Below, in pieces: positions 53,926 through 64,000 of a stretch of 64,000 bases of DNA (within the stretch, counting starts at the first letter, position 1; each line of letters opens with the position of its first letter). The notes beneath the pieces were generated by a model. The model was not told the origin of the DNA, made no database searches, and worked only from the letters and a program-made list of their open reading frames with translations. The DNA is from Octopus vulgaris. Lineage: Eukaryota. The translations under genes were made by a program, and so were the position numbers. The stretch spans positions 37,014,001 through 37,078,000 of the forward strand of contig OX597818.1 in assembly GCA_951406725.2 (NCBI GenBank), given 5' to 3'.

Positions 53926-54810
53926 CATACATACATACATACATACATACATTGATAGATAGCTAGATGCATACATACATGCATCGGCAGGCAGACATAT
54001 AGATAGATAGGTACACTCACACACATATACACACGTCTGTGTGTGTTTGAATTATGCATGTATAAAATATCGAGTTGGCAGCCCTGGGATATTATAGACG
54101 TTTCGTATTCAACGACGTTTTGTGAAATAATGAAGTTTACTGCAGGTTAGTATCATCTGGAAATGTAAAATAGCATTGCAATGTTGTTAGTACAATTAGT
54201 GTAGAGCTTGATGTGGTGGCAATATTTTCATTCTTTATGCGGAATGCAATTTATGATTCGTGGCTGCAAGTTAAAATAATTTTGTCTTATTTCCTTCTGA
54301 ATTCTCTAGCGTTCGTTGTTTACCCAAGAATTTAGTTTCTTCCATCTGGCATTAAGTAGAGGTAAATCATTGTCTGACTGGTGGAGAGAAACAGTTATGA
54401 TCATTAAATAATAAATATTCATTTCCGACTTGAGCACACGACCAGTTCTTGGAAGTAAGACATATAGTTGCTTCTAGTCTTCATTCTTTTAAATTACAGA
54501 TATTGATTTGTTTAGACATAAAACTACTATAGTCAATTTTTATTCAGAAAGGATGATTATGACGACGCCAAATATTGTATATTATTGCTGGTACGTATTT
54601 TATTGACACAGAATAGATGAAAGGCAAAAATCTGTCTTGGTGGGATTTAAAATTAGAATATAAAGAAACAACGCTGGATATTGTACGGCGCTTTGTCTGA
54701 CGATGTACTTTATTTTTGCTTTGTTTTTTGTTGTTTTTTTTTTGTTGTTTTTTTTAGAAAAGTTGGAAAATATGCTGTTACATTGTTAATAATAATAATA
54801 ATAATGATAA

Positions 54811-54960
54811 ATGCCCTGGTGCATCTTCTGATCTTAACTGATTGGAAGTGTTATGTACATTGTTTTGTCTTGGTATAAAAGATGGGCTACAGCAAATATT
54901 CTGCTCAATACCAGAGATTTGCTTGTCAGTTGTTTGACTTCAACCAGTTGAGCATGTTCC
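54811..54960 (+). mobile_element. Family E repeat fragment after (TAA)n
   Basis: Homologous to the 5' part of 34738-35268. Confidence 0.75.
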
Positions 54961-54997
54961 TGAGGCGGCGGCGGTGGTGGTGGTGGTGGTGGTTCAA

Positions 54998-55498
54998 GCA
55001 AATCCCAGAAAAGATTCCAAAAAATGGCAAAGCAACCATGCTCTGGGTTATGTCAATACATACAGATAGGGAGATCAAGACTAATAGGCTAGATATTGTT
55101 GTCAAGGACAACCAAAAAAAACAACGTCTTCTCATCGAAGTACCAGTCCCAACAAATGACCATGTATCTCTAAAAAAGAAATGGAGAAACTCACAAAAAA
55201 TAATGATCTGGAAACCGAGACAGCCCGGAATTGGAGTCTGATGACAAACGTAATTCCTATAAAAAACAGTATGTTCAAAAACATAGAGAAAAGTACACAA
55301 CCAAAACACTAGGACTTACGAATATATATATAAGAAACAGAAGATAGCCCTACTAGGTACTGCATCCATCCTGGATAGAACACTTTCAATACACAAGAAT
55401 TAGCAATAGCATAACAGCCCTAATAACAAGACAGCATACCCAAGACGCTCAGAGCTGCGCTCGGTAATGCGGTGAAAACACGTAATAAAAATAAACTA
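54998..55498 (+). mobile_element. R4/Dong-like LINE 3' end (RLE), degraded
   Basis: TMLWVMSIHTDREIKTNRLDIVVKD...LLIEVPVP; 3' UTR CAGAGCTGCGCTCGGTA shared with 56660-57080. Confidence 0.85.
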
Positions 55499-55502
55499 AT
55501 GA

Positions 55503-55586
<84 letters not shown>

Positions 55587-55607
55587 ACTATGATGATGAT
55601 AATAATC

Positions 55608-56282
55608 AAATACAGAATATGTGGTGTGAGTGGCGAAGCGGTATAGCACATCGTTAGCGAATGCCCGAAATTGGCCCGACACGAATACAAAAGACGTCAT
55701 GACAATGTGGCAAGAATGATCCACTGGGAGCTCTGTGGAAATCACAGCCTACAAAGACTAAAGACGTGGTATGAGCAAATCCCAGCAAATCCCAGAAGGA
55801 GTCACCGAGCATGAGATTTGCAAAATCCTCATTTTGCAAAAATGATTCAGTGCGATCACCTGACCAGATATCGGAAACCAGACATTGTTGTGGTAGATAA
55901 AAAAGAAAGAACATGCATAGTAATCAACACAGCATGCCCCGGTGACAACAGAATCAATGCGAAAGAAGAAGAAAAAAATAAACAATTATGACGACCTGAA
56001 GTGGGAAATACGAAGGTTGTGACCAGTGAGAAGAGTGGACGTGATACCAATAGTGATTGGCACATTTGAAAGCATCAGCACTCAACTACCAGCATGGCCC
56101 TGAAAGACTGGTGCAAGTGTGAAGGTAGAACACCAACAAAAATCAGCATTGCTTGGAACTGCAAGAATTCTTCGCAAGTTTCTTGAAGCATGACCAGTAA
56201 ACAAGTGTCACTTAGTCTGCTGGCTATGGACAGCTGACACTTTCCATCAGACCCAGAAAAATAAGCTGTGAGTTTTCATCAC
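55608..56282 (+). mobile_element. R4/Dong-like LINE 3' end (CCHC plus RLE), second family
   Basis: HIVSECPKLARHEYKRRHDNVARMIHWELC...RKPDIVVVDKKERTCIVINTACPGDNRINAKEEEKI; followed by (TAA)n. Confidence 0.87.
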
Positions 56283-56325
<43 letters not shown>

Positions 56326-56333
56326 TAATAATG

Positions 56334-56368
<35 letters not shown>

Positions 56369-56370
<2 letters not shown>

Positions 56371-56646
56371 CAGGAAAGCCCAAAATGGCAGAAATTCAAA
56401 AGATAGTGCTCATGGGAACTGCTCATTTCCTACGCAAAATACTTTCTATGTAATCTCAAGTTTTAAAACAAACATAATTTTCTTATGGTTTCTTAGACAT
56501 TCACTAGTACAACACTAAGTACAAAACCAAACATATGGCACCCTAGGCGTAACACCAACATGAACTTCCAACTTGTTGTCTCTTGAGGTCTCTGGGCGAG
56601 ACTTGGAGCAAACTTGTACAAATGTAAAGCAAAAGTCAAACATAGA
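56369..56646 (+). mobile_element. R4/Dong-like LINE extreme 3' end, third family
   Basis: PGKPKMAEIQKIVLMGTAHFLRKILSM* plus 3' UTR, with (TAA)n on both sides. Confidence 0.85.
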
Positions 56647-56659
56647 ATAATAATAATAA

Positions 56660-57079
56660 TAAACAGACCAGATATAGTTGTCAGAGATCATGAAGAAAAA
56701 AAATGCCTTCTAATTGATGTATCAATACCGGCAGATGACAACGTGTCTCTAAAAGAAATGGAGAAACTCTCAAAATACAAAGACCTGGAAATAGAGGTAA
56801 CTAGAATGTGGAACCTGAAAACAGAAACAATTCCTATCATAGTAGGTGCATTAGGCATGATAAAAAAATATTCAGACAAATACATAACAAAAACACCAGG
56901 ACTTACAAACACATATAACATACAGAAAATTGCACTATTAGGCACTGCACACATCCTACGCAGAACACTTTCCATACAATAACCATCAGAGCATCACAAC
57001 AAATCACAGCACATACCCAAGGCACACAGAGCTGCGCTCGGTAGTGAAGTGAAAGCACGCTATAAAAATAAAACTACTA

Positions 57080-57080
<1 letters not shown>
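56660..57080 (+). mobile_element. R4/Dong-like LINE 3' end with uninterrupted RLE frame
   Basis: NRPDIVVRDHEEKKCLLIDVSIPADDNVSLKEMEKLSKYKDLEIE...LLGTAHILRRTLSIQ*, with (TAA)n on both sides. Confidence 0.92.
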
Positions 57081-57126
<46 letters not shown>

Positions 57127-57127
57127 C

Positions 57128-57665
57128 AATTCCAGAAGAGCAGAGAGGATGCAGGAAACAAAGTAGGGCTACAAAAGATCACTTTTTAGGTGAGTAAATG
57201 GTAAGTAGAAATTGTAGATGCAGATTGACGAGAGTGAATGTAGGATGACTAGATTACAAAAAAAGGCATATGGCACAGTTGGATAAGTAAAACAATAAGC
57301 ATGTTTGGAATAGCAAAAACCATGGAGAAAATGCTACATGAAAGTATGAAACATTGGAATACTGAATTGATCGGAGGAAAACAAAGACTCGGAAAAGTGA
57401 TCATCAGACGTGGAATATTCCAAAGTGATAGCTTATCGCCATTCCTATTTGTATTGGCCATGACGCCGCTCACTATGATTTGGGAAAAGGAAATGGTCAG
57501 ATAAACCATCTCCTTTTCATGGTTGATATAAAGGTTTATGCGAAAAAGGAGAAACAGCTTGAAAGTCTGGTACAAACTTTACTCAATTGACGTAGGTACG
57601 GAATTTAGGATAGAAAAGTGTACTATTTTGAAAATGAAACGAGCGAGATATGAAAGAAGCTAAGG
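57128..57665 (+). pseudogene. R4/Dong-like reverse transcriptase core fragment
   Basis: PEEQRGC...DY(K)KKAY...RRGIFQSDSLSPFLFVLAMTPLT...INHLLFMVD...EFRIEKC across frames. Confidence 0.85.
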
Positions 57666-57831
57666 AATTTAGAACTGAAAGTTATATTCTCAACCTACAG
57701 TAAAGTACCATCATGTATTCTACAAGACTCTTAAAATTCTTGAGCTTTGAGGAGATTTGCTGTCACTATACATCAAGATAAAATACCTGCTAGTTGAATT
57801 AGAATGAACTAGCGTAATAATAATAATAATG

Positions 57832-57883
<52 letters not shown>

Positions 57884-57884
<1 letters not shown>

Positions 57885-58065
57885 CTTTTCTACTAAAGGC
57901 ACAAGGCCTGAAATTTTCGGCGAAGTGGCTACTCGATTACATCGACCCCTCAACTGGTGTTTATTTTATTAACTTCGCCGACATTTGAACTCAGAAACGT
58001 AAAGACGTACGAAATGCCGCTAAATATTTTGTCCGACTCTCTAACAATTCTGCCAGCTTGCCGTC
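57884..58065 (-). mobile_element. SINE A, old-tail subtype, ending in (TTA)n
   Basis: Head plus CAGGCCTTGTGCCTTTAGTAGAAAAG tail abutting (TAA)n at 57815-57883. Confidence 0.75.
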
Positions 58066-58629
58066 AGTAACATTAATAATGATGATGATGGGTTTTCTGT
58101 TTTAGCTCAAGGCTACAAATTTGTCGGGGGAAAAGTGTTGTAAACTGATTCAACACAAATTAATATTATTGCAAAGCTGACAAGGTACTCTACCTTCTAA
58201 GAAGAGGAGACGAAATTAGATATCTCCTAAGAATTCCAGTGTCAAACACTACCGTTTCCAACATTCCACTGCCATTTCGAGACGGCATATATTAAAAAGT
58301 ATCACAGTTATTAGAAATATAAAAACATGTCTCATTGCTACAAAATGGGAGCAAGTAGCATGACGTGAACAGCAAACCTGATTTCACAAATAAGTAAGTT
58401 TATTGTAATTCCAACCGTAACACACTTTGGTATTATTGATTTCTTACAATGGTACAAAGCTGCATATTTGAAATGCTGATGCAGCCACTTGCTGTCTCGA
58501 TACTAGTATAAGTTTAACATTTTATTTTATCGTGGCCAGAAGAGTGAATGGGAAGATCAACCTTGGCTCGTTAGGAATAGCTTTGACTAATTTTGATATA
58601 ATTTCAGACAAGTCCAATTTTAGCGTAAT

Positions 58630-58668
<39 letters not shown>

Positions 58669-58701
58669 GTACTTGTGCGTGAGTGTGTGTGGATGCACAT
58701 A

Positions 58702-58749
<48 letters not shown>

Positions 58750-58750
<1 letters not shown>

Positions 58751-59128
58751 TCTTACACTTACTTGTTTCAGTCATTTGACTGCGGCCATGCTGAGCACCG
58801 CCTTTAGTCGAACGAATCGACCTCCCCCAGGGCTTATTCTTTGTAAGCCTAGTACTTATTCTATCGCACACTTTGGCCGAACCCTTAAGTTACGGGCACG
58901 TAAACACACCACTATCGGTTGTCAAGCGATGTTGGGGGGTCAAACACAGACACACAAACACACACACATATATATATATATATTCCGTCCACCAAATCCA
59001 CTCACAAGGCTTTGGTCGGCCCGAGGCTATAGTAGAAGACACTTGCCCAAAGTGCCACGCAGTGGAACTGAACCCAGAACCATGTGGTTGGTAAGCAAGG
59101 TACTTAACACACAGCCACTCCTGCGCCT
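58750..59128 (-). mobile_element. SINE family B, full length
   Basis: Head GGCGCAGGAGTGGCTGTGTG through tail. Confidence 0.9.
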
Positions 59129-59424
59129 ATAAATATATATATATATATATTATATTTTACCTTGTTTCAGTCATTAGACTGCGGCCATATCGCCTTGAAG
59201 AACTTTTTGTTGAATGAATCGATTACAATCTTATTTTTTAAGCCTGGTACTTGTTCTATCCGTCCCTTTTGCCGAAGCGCTCGGTTAATAAACACATCAG
59301 CACCGGTAGTCAAGCGTTGGTACAAGACAAACATACACAAAACACACACACACGCATACATACATATATATATGGAAAAAAAGTCAAGATAGAAAATGCT
59401 AAAATAATTTTATAAAAAACATTT

Positions 59425-59460
59425 TCGTACCGGTTTCAGTCATTGAGACTTTTTCATCTG
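59425..59460 (-). ncRNA. Hammerhead-like motif related to the 11864/15923 variant
   Basis: Minus strand CAG-ATGAAAA-AGTC/TCAAT/GACT-GAAA-CCGG-TA; same ACCGGT stem III. Confidence 0.5.
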
Positions 59461-59523
59461 TAACAATTAAATAATTAAATTTAGAAAAATTAAAAGAAAA
59501 GTTTTTTTAAAAGAATATTTACT

Positions 59524-59932
59524 TAGGAGTGGCTGTGTGGTAAGTAGCTTGCTAACCAACCACATGGTTCCGGGTTCAGTCCCACTGCGTGGCATCTTGG
59601 GCAAGTGTCTTCTGCTATAGCCCCGGGCCGACCAATGCCTTGTGAGTGGATTTGGTAGACGGAAACTGAAAGAAGCCTGTCGTATATATGTATATATATA
59701 TATATGTATGTGTGTATGTTTGTGTGTCTGTGTTTGTCCCCCTAGCATTGTTTGACAACCGATGCTGGTGTGTTTACGTCCCCGTCACTTAGCGGTTCGG
59801 CAAAAGAGACCGATAGAATAAGTACTGGGCTTACAAAAGTCCCAAGTTCGATTTGCTCGACTAAAGGCGGTGCTCCAGCATGGCCGCAGTCAAATGACTG
59901 AAACAAGTAAAAGAGTAAAAGAATAAAAGAGT
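59524..59932 (+). mobile_element. SINE family B, near full length
   Basis: Near-identical to 29620-30008. Confidence 0.92.
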
Positions 59933-60819
59933 ATATATATATATGGATTAGTCATGAGTAGGTGATGATATGGCTGTTACGCTCAGTATGTAAAATGATC
60001 ATGTAGAGCAGTTCTTTCCATACGGAGGAGAGTCCTGCGCAGATTGAAGAGAGAGCGAGAAAACCGCCATGTTCAACAAAACCTTAGATGGTTTTTCAGC
60101 ATTTTAAACTTATCCAAACCCATGACCAAGAAGGTATAATTTCATGTTTTATGGATTCGAACTTTTTCGCATCTTGTATCTCGTCTTCACAAACAACTAA
60201 ACTTGATGAGGTTTTAATGTCGTTGGGTTTACCGGTTCTGTATAAGTTGTTGAAATTGCAAAAGGTCGTAGTATTAAGAAAGAAGGGTTACTCCTTCTTT
60301 CAATAAAATATACGAGACACCAAAAGTGTTCCTAACATTTTAAAGGCATTTGGTATTAGTCAGTTTGAAACTCGCTGATTGAGAAGGTCCCTCGTTGACT
60401 GGAGACGGATTTATACGAAACTGTACGGAGGAATGTGTACTTGCAAAGAGAGTTAGAAAGTGCATAGCATAGCAGGGCATCAATGAAGGATTCATTTCTA
60501 CACTATTTATGCTAATATCTTGCACTTCAAATTTGCCAGAACCACTCCATCCTGACTAATCTCTCTGGGGATGTCGATCTTGGTATTGCAAGCACACGTC
60601 ACCCTTGTTAATTTTAAAATGCATGCACGTATTAACTGACTCACTGGAACTGTCAGTGCAAATGTCCAATGAACCTTTTCTTCACGAATGTGTTATCCAT
60701 AAAAAAAAAATGGAATAAATGAATGAAGGAAAACACAAATTGTAGTTGTAATCTAGAACCAGGCGTACTGCATGTTTCAGAAGAGCACATGTCTCGAACT
60801 AAAAAAAATCTCCGGCTCC

Positions 60820-60855
<36 letters not shown>

Positions 60856-61023
60856 TTTACCGAGACAATTGCAATAGTTATTACATCTGCATAGTTTTTT
60901 CTTATTTCTACAGTCCATTATACAGTATTTACGAATTCGTTTAAATTAAATATTTTGTGCAATTGACCGTAGAAATACAAACTACGCTGATGTACTCAAC
61001 ATCGTATTCATTGTAAATGCCAG

Positions 61024-61088
<65 letters not shown>

Positions 61089-61109
61089 CACATACATATA
61101 TATATGTAT

Positions 61110-61142
<33 letters not shown>

Positions 61143-61162
61143 AGTATATATATATGTATATA

Positions 61163-61196
<34 letters not shown>

Positions 61197-61205
61197 CATA
61201 CATGT

Positions 61206-61540
61206 GTGAAGGCGCGTGGCTCAGTGGTTAGAGCGTCGAGCTTACGATCGTGAGGTTGTGAGTTCGAATCCCGGATCGGGCTGTGTGTTGTGTTCTTGAG
61301 CAAGACACTTTATGTCACGTTGCTCCAGTTCCCTCAGCTGTAGAAATGAGTTGTGACGTCACGGGTGCCAAGCTGTATCGGCCCTTGCCTTTCCCTTGGA
61401 TAACACTGGTGGCGTGGAGAGGGGAGGCCGGTATGCATGGGCGACTGCTAGTCTTCCATAAACAACCTTGCCCGGACTCGTGCCTGGGAGGGTAACTTTC
61501 TAGGTGTAATCCCACGGTCAGTCATGACCGAAGGGGGTCT
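61206..61540 (+). mobile_element. tRNA-derived SINE family C, full length
   Basis: A-box TGGCTCAGTGG, B-box GTTCGAATCC, CTTGAGCAAGACACTT central motif, 3' GACCGAAGGGGGTC. Confidence 0.9.
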
Positions 61541-61980
61541 CATATATATAATATTTTTTGCTAGTCTATTTTGTCCCTCTGTCTTATCTCATGGTGCGAT
61601 ATGAACATTTAAGGCGGTTCTTAGAGTCAGGGAGTTGACTGCTATTTCGGCATGGTGGTGTCTCTCAGACACCCTTATTTTTAGTTGTAAAAAATTATTA
61701 CTTTTGTATGGTATTTATTCCCATACTGACCACTTGATAATACCGATATTTAAATATCGATATTATCCTTATTTATAAATTTATACATACATACACATAG
61801 ACACACACGCATATGCATATATATAATACACATCAAGTAGAGCGAAAAACGAGCGAAAAACACGTAAACACACGGCAAAATACCAAAAACCACACAATGA
61901 GAACAAGACATTAACAACGAGTGAAAAATACGTAAACACATAACGAGAGACAAGTACGGGACGACAAAATACCAAAAGAA

Positions 61981-62028
61981 GTCTAACTCTTCCTCCGTCT
62001 AACTCTTCCTCCGTCTAACTCTTCCTCC
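61981..62028. repeat. 16-bp tandem repeat, three copies
   Basis: GTCTAACTCTTCCTCC x3. Confidence 0.9.
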
Positions 62029-62532
62029 TGTTTATTACTCCTTATTTCGAGCTTTCAACGATAAGATAGGAAAATTTCATAAGGCAGCAGCATCCAGAAA
62101 TTTTTAATATATAAAATTTGTGGAGAGTTAAGGCTTCGAACGAGCAAACAGAGTGGACATACAGAGTAAATAATCAATGGAGGCAAACATTAAGGGCCGT
62201 TAGGCGAAATATATATGAAACAGAATAGCACAAAGCCAGCCTTGATTAAAATACATGCATGTACAATAAATATATACCACATTCGTGTACAATCGTACAA
62301 TCGAATGTGAGAATTTCTTTCGCTGCAAAAACAGTCTGAGAAGAAACTGCTCCTCTTAGACATGTGTGAAAAGTATACGGGGTTATAAATAGCATCATCT
62401 GATCGTAGGAGGCAAGCGTTTCTGCATTTGTTACTGGACATGATATTGGACATGAAAGGGTTTCAATTAGTATGTGTTTGAGATGTAATGAAGTGAATTT
62501 CGATGGTTGTGGATTGCACTTAACTTAATTGT

Positions 62533-62786
62533 TAAGTTAAGTTAAGTTAATTTATTGGCTCAAAAAGCAAACAGCAAGGCCATGTCGGGGGACATTGAGT
62601 TATGTACAGGGTTGTGTTCATGCAAAGAGTTCAGGCCATTTCTGGTCAAGAGAGACTTTGAACCGAGCGGTCGTCGGCATCTTCACTTGTCTCGTCCGGC
62701 AGCTTATTCCACGGATCCGCAATCTGGACGGAGAAAGCCCCTCTCCTTCGATTGAGATGAAATCGTCGCAGATAAAGCTTTTCGGA
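62533..62786 (-). mobile_element. 5'-truncated CR1-clade LINE 3' end with (TTAAC)n tail, flanked by 73-bp direct repeats
   Basis: SEKLYLRRFHLNRRRGAFSVQIADPWNKLP matches the CR1/L2 C-terminal F-S-x-R...WN-x-LP motif; repeats at 62460-62532 and 62787-62859. Confidence 0.85.
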
Positions 62787-63331
62787 GTTTCAATTAGTAT
62801 ATGTTGGAGATGTAATGAAATGAATTTCGATGATTGTGGATTGCACTTAACTTAATTGTATCGTCCGTTAAAGTGTTTTTGTTTGTTTGTTTTTTTAACT
62901 ATAATTGATCTGTAATTGTATAGTTAACGCTCACGCTCATAATACATAGACATTTGAATTAATTTTTACAAACCAGCCGTCCTTTATCACGGAATTTCGT
63001 GACCCTGAAGTGACTTTATATATAATGGAACTGTGATTAAGTATATCAGAAAAAAAAAAAATAAAAATATATATATATATATCGAAGCAATTTGTTGGCC
63101 TTTTATGGCTTTTATAATTATTTATGTTATGTTATATATTATATTCATAGCATTTAATATACTATTGTAATATAGTTAAATTATTAGATTGTCAATAGTA
63201 TATCTCTATATTTAATTTATCTTTATAATTGAATTATACCAATATTTATATGGTATCCAACTGACGTACCAACGAATTGGATATTTAACACACCCCTTTC
63301 TTTTCCTCAGTTATATACATACTACATACAA

Positions 63332-63365
<34 letters not shown>

Positions 63366-63451
63366 AATCCAAACGGGAAACAAAAAAACAACAACAATGG
63401 AACAATTACAGTATTATTATTAATAGGCGCTCAGGAAATGGAAGCAGGGAG

Positions 63452-63486
63452 GTATGACGTTTCGAGCGGAGCTCTTCGTCGGAAAC
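63452..63486 (-). ncRNA. Minimal hammerhead-like motif (CCGACGA core variant)
   Basis: Minus strand GTTT-CCGACGA-A-GAGC/TCC/GCTC-GAAA-CG-TC-ATAC. Confidence 0.55.
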
Positions 63487-64000
63487 ATAAAGAAGGAAGA
63501 GAGAGGAAAGAAAGATCCCGGAGCGGGCAACGGAGATAGAGAAAAAAACGGCTGGTGTTAGGAGTAGCACATGGTGAAAGGCGGATGTTTACGATAACAA
63601 GAGCAAAGTGGGTTTTTAAAGGCAAAAGAGTGGAGACAAGGTTGGTAACGCAACAGATGTATGTGTATGTGTGAGTGTGTGCGTGTGCGTGTGTGTATGT
63701 GTGTGTGTGAGGCGAGGTAAAAAAACAAAAAATATATGTATGTGTTAGTGTGTGCGTCTGTGTGTAGGCGTGTGAGGTAGGGCGAGACGGTGGTCAGCAT
63801 AGCAGCAGCATAGCAGACAAAGGTCAGTAGTGAGAAAAGGGAGGAAGGAGGAAGGGAGGGAGGGGAAGGGGTGGGGGCGTATGTAGCGTGCCAGCGTGTG
63901 TTGAGTAGTAGTGTGTGTGTGTGTCCAGTGTCGTGGTAGTATTAGTGGCGAGTAGATTGAATGTGTGTAAGAGTGATGTATATGTTTAAGCAATGTGTGT

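Noticed and set aside
60000-60580. Possible degraded LINE endonuclease region on the minus strand
   Set aside because: Only vague resemblance; catalytic motifs are not recoverable by eye.
61206-61282. tRNA-like sequence (also 19218-19292 and 43690-43764)
   Set aside because: A and B boxes continue into SINE bodies, two copies have TSDs, and there is no proper acceptor stem, so these are SINE heads and not tRNA genes.

Overview
AT-rich, microsatellite-dense eukaryotic non-coding DNA. The repeat content (several tRNA-derived SINE families, Dong/R4-type, RTE, Tx1/L1 and CR1 LINE relics, Neptune-type Penelope elements) points to a cephalopod, probably Octopus; this is an inference, not a database result. 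I find no supportable host gene, true tRNA, rRNA or CRISPR, and almost all listed ORFs are translations of simple repeats. The main structure is a 5'-truncated Penelope-like element (RT thumb plus GIY-YIG, about 13900-14697, minus strand) whose terminal ~1.2 kb is copied in inverted orientation (11846-13048 and 14700-15996). Each arm ends in a minimal hammerhead-ribozyme fold with a compensatory U3-A8 core. About ten more hammerhead-like motifs, canonical and variant, are scattered through the window, mostly next to (TA)n tracts. Retroelement families sort by microsatellite motif: Dong/R4 with TAA, a second RLE LINE with TACA, Tx1 with GATA, and Penelope ends with TA. The commonest SINE shares its last 43 nt with the Tx1-like LINE and forms multimers with a recurrent junction. 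Coordinates, alignments and folds were read by eye, so element edges may be off by some bases and no ribozyme activity is demonstrated.
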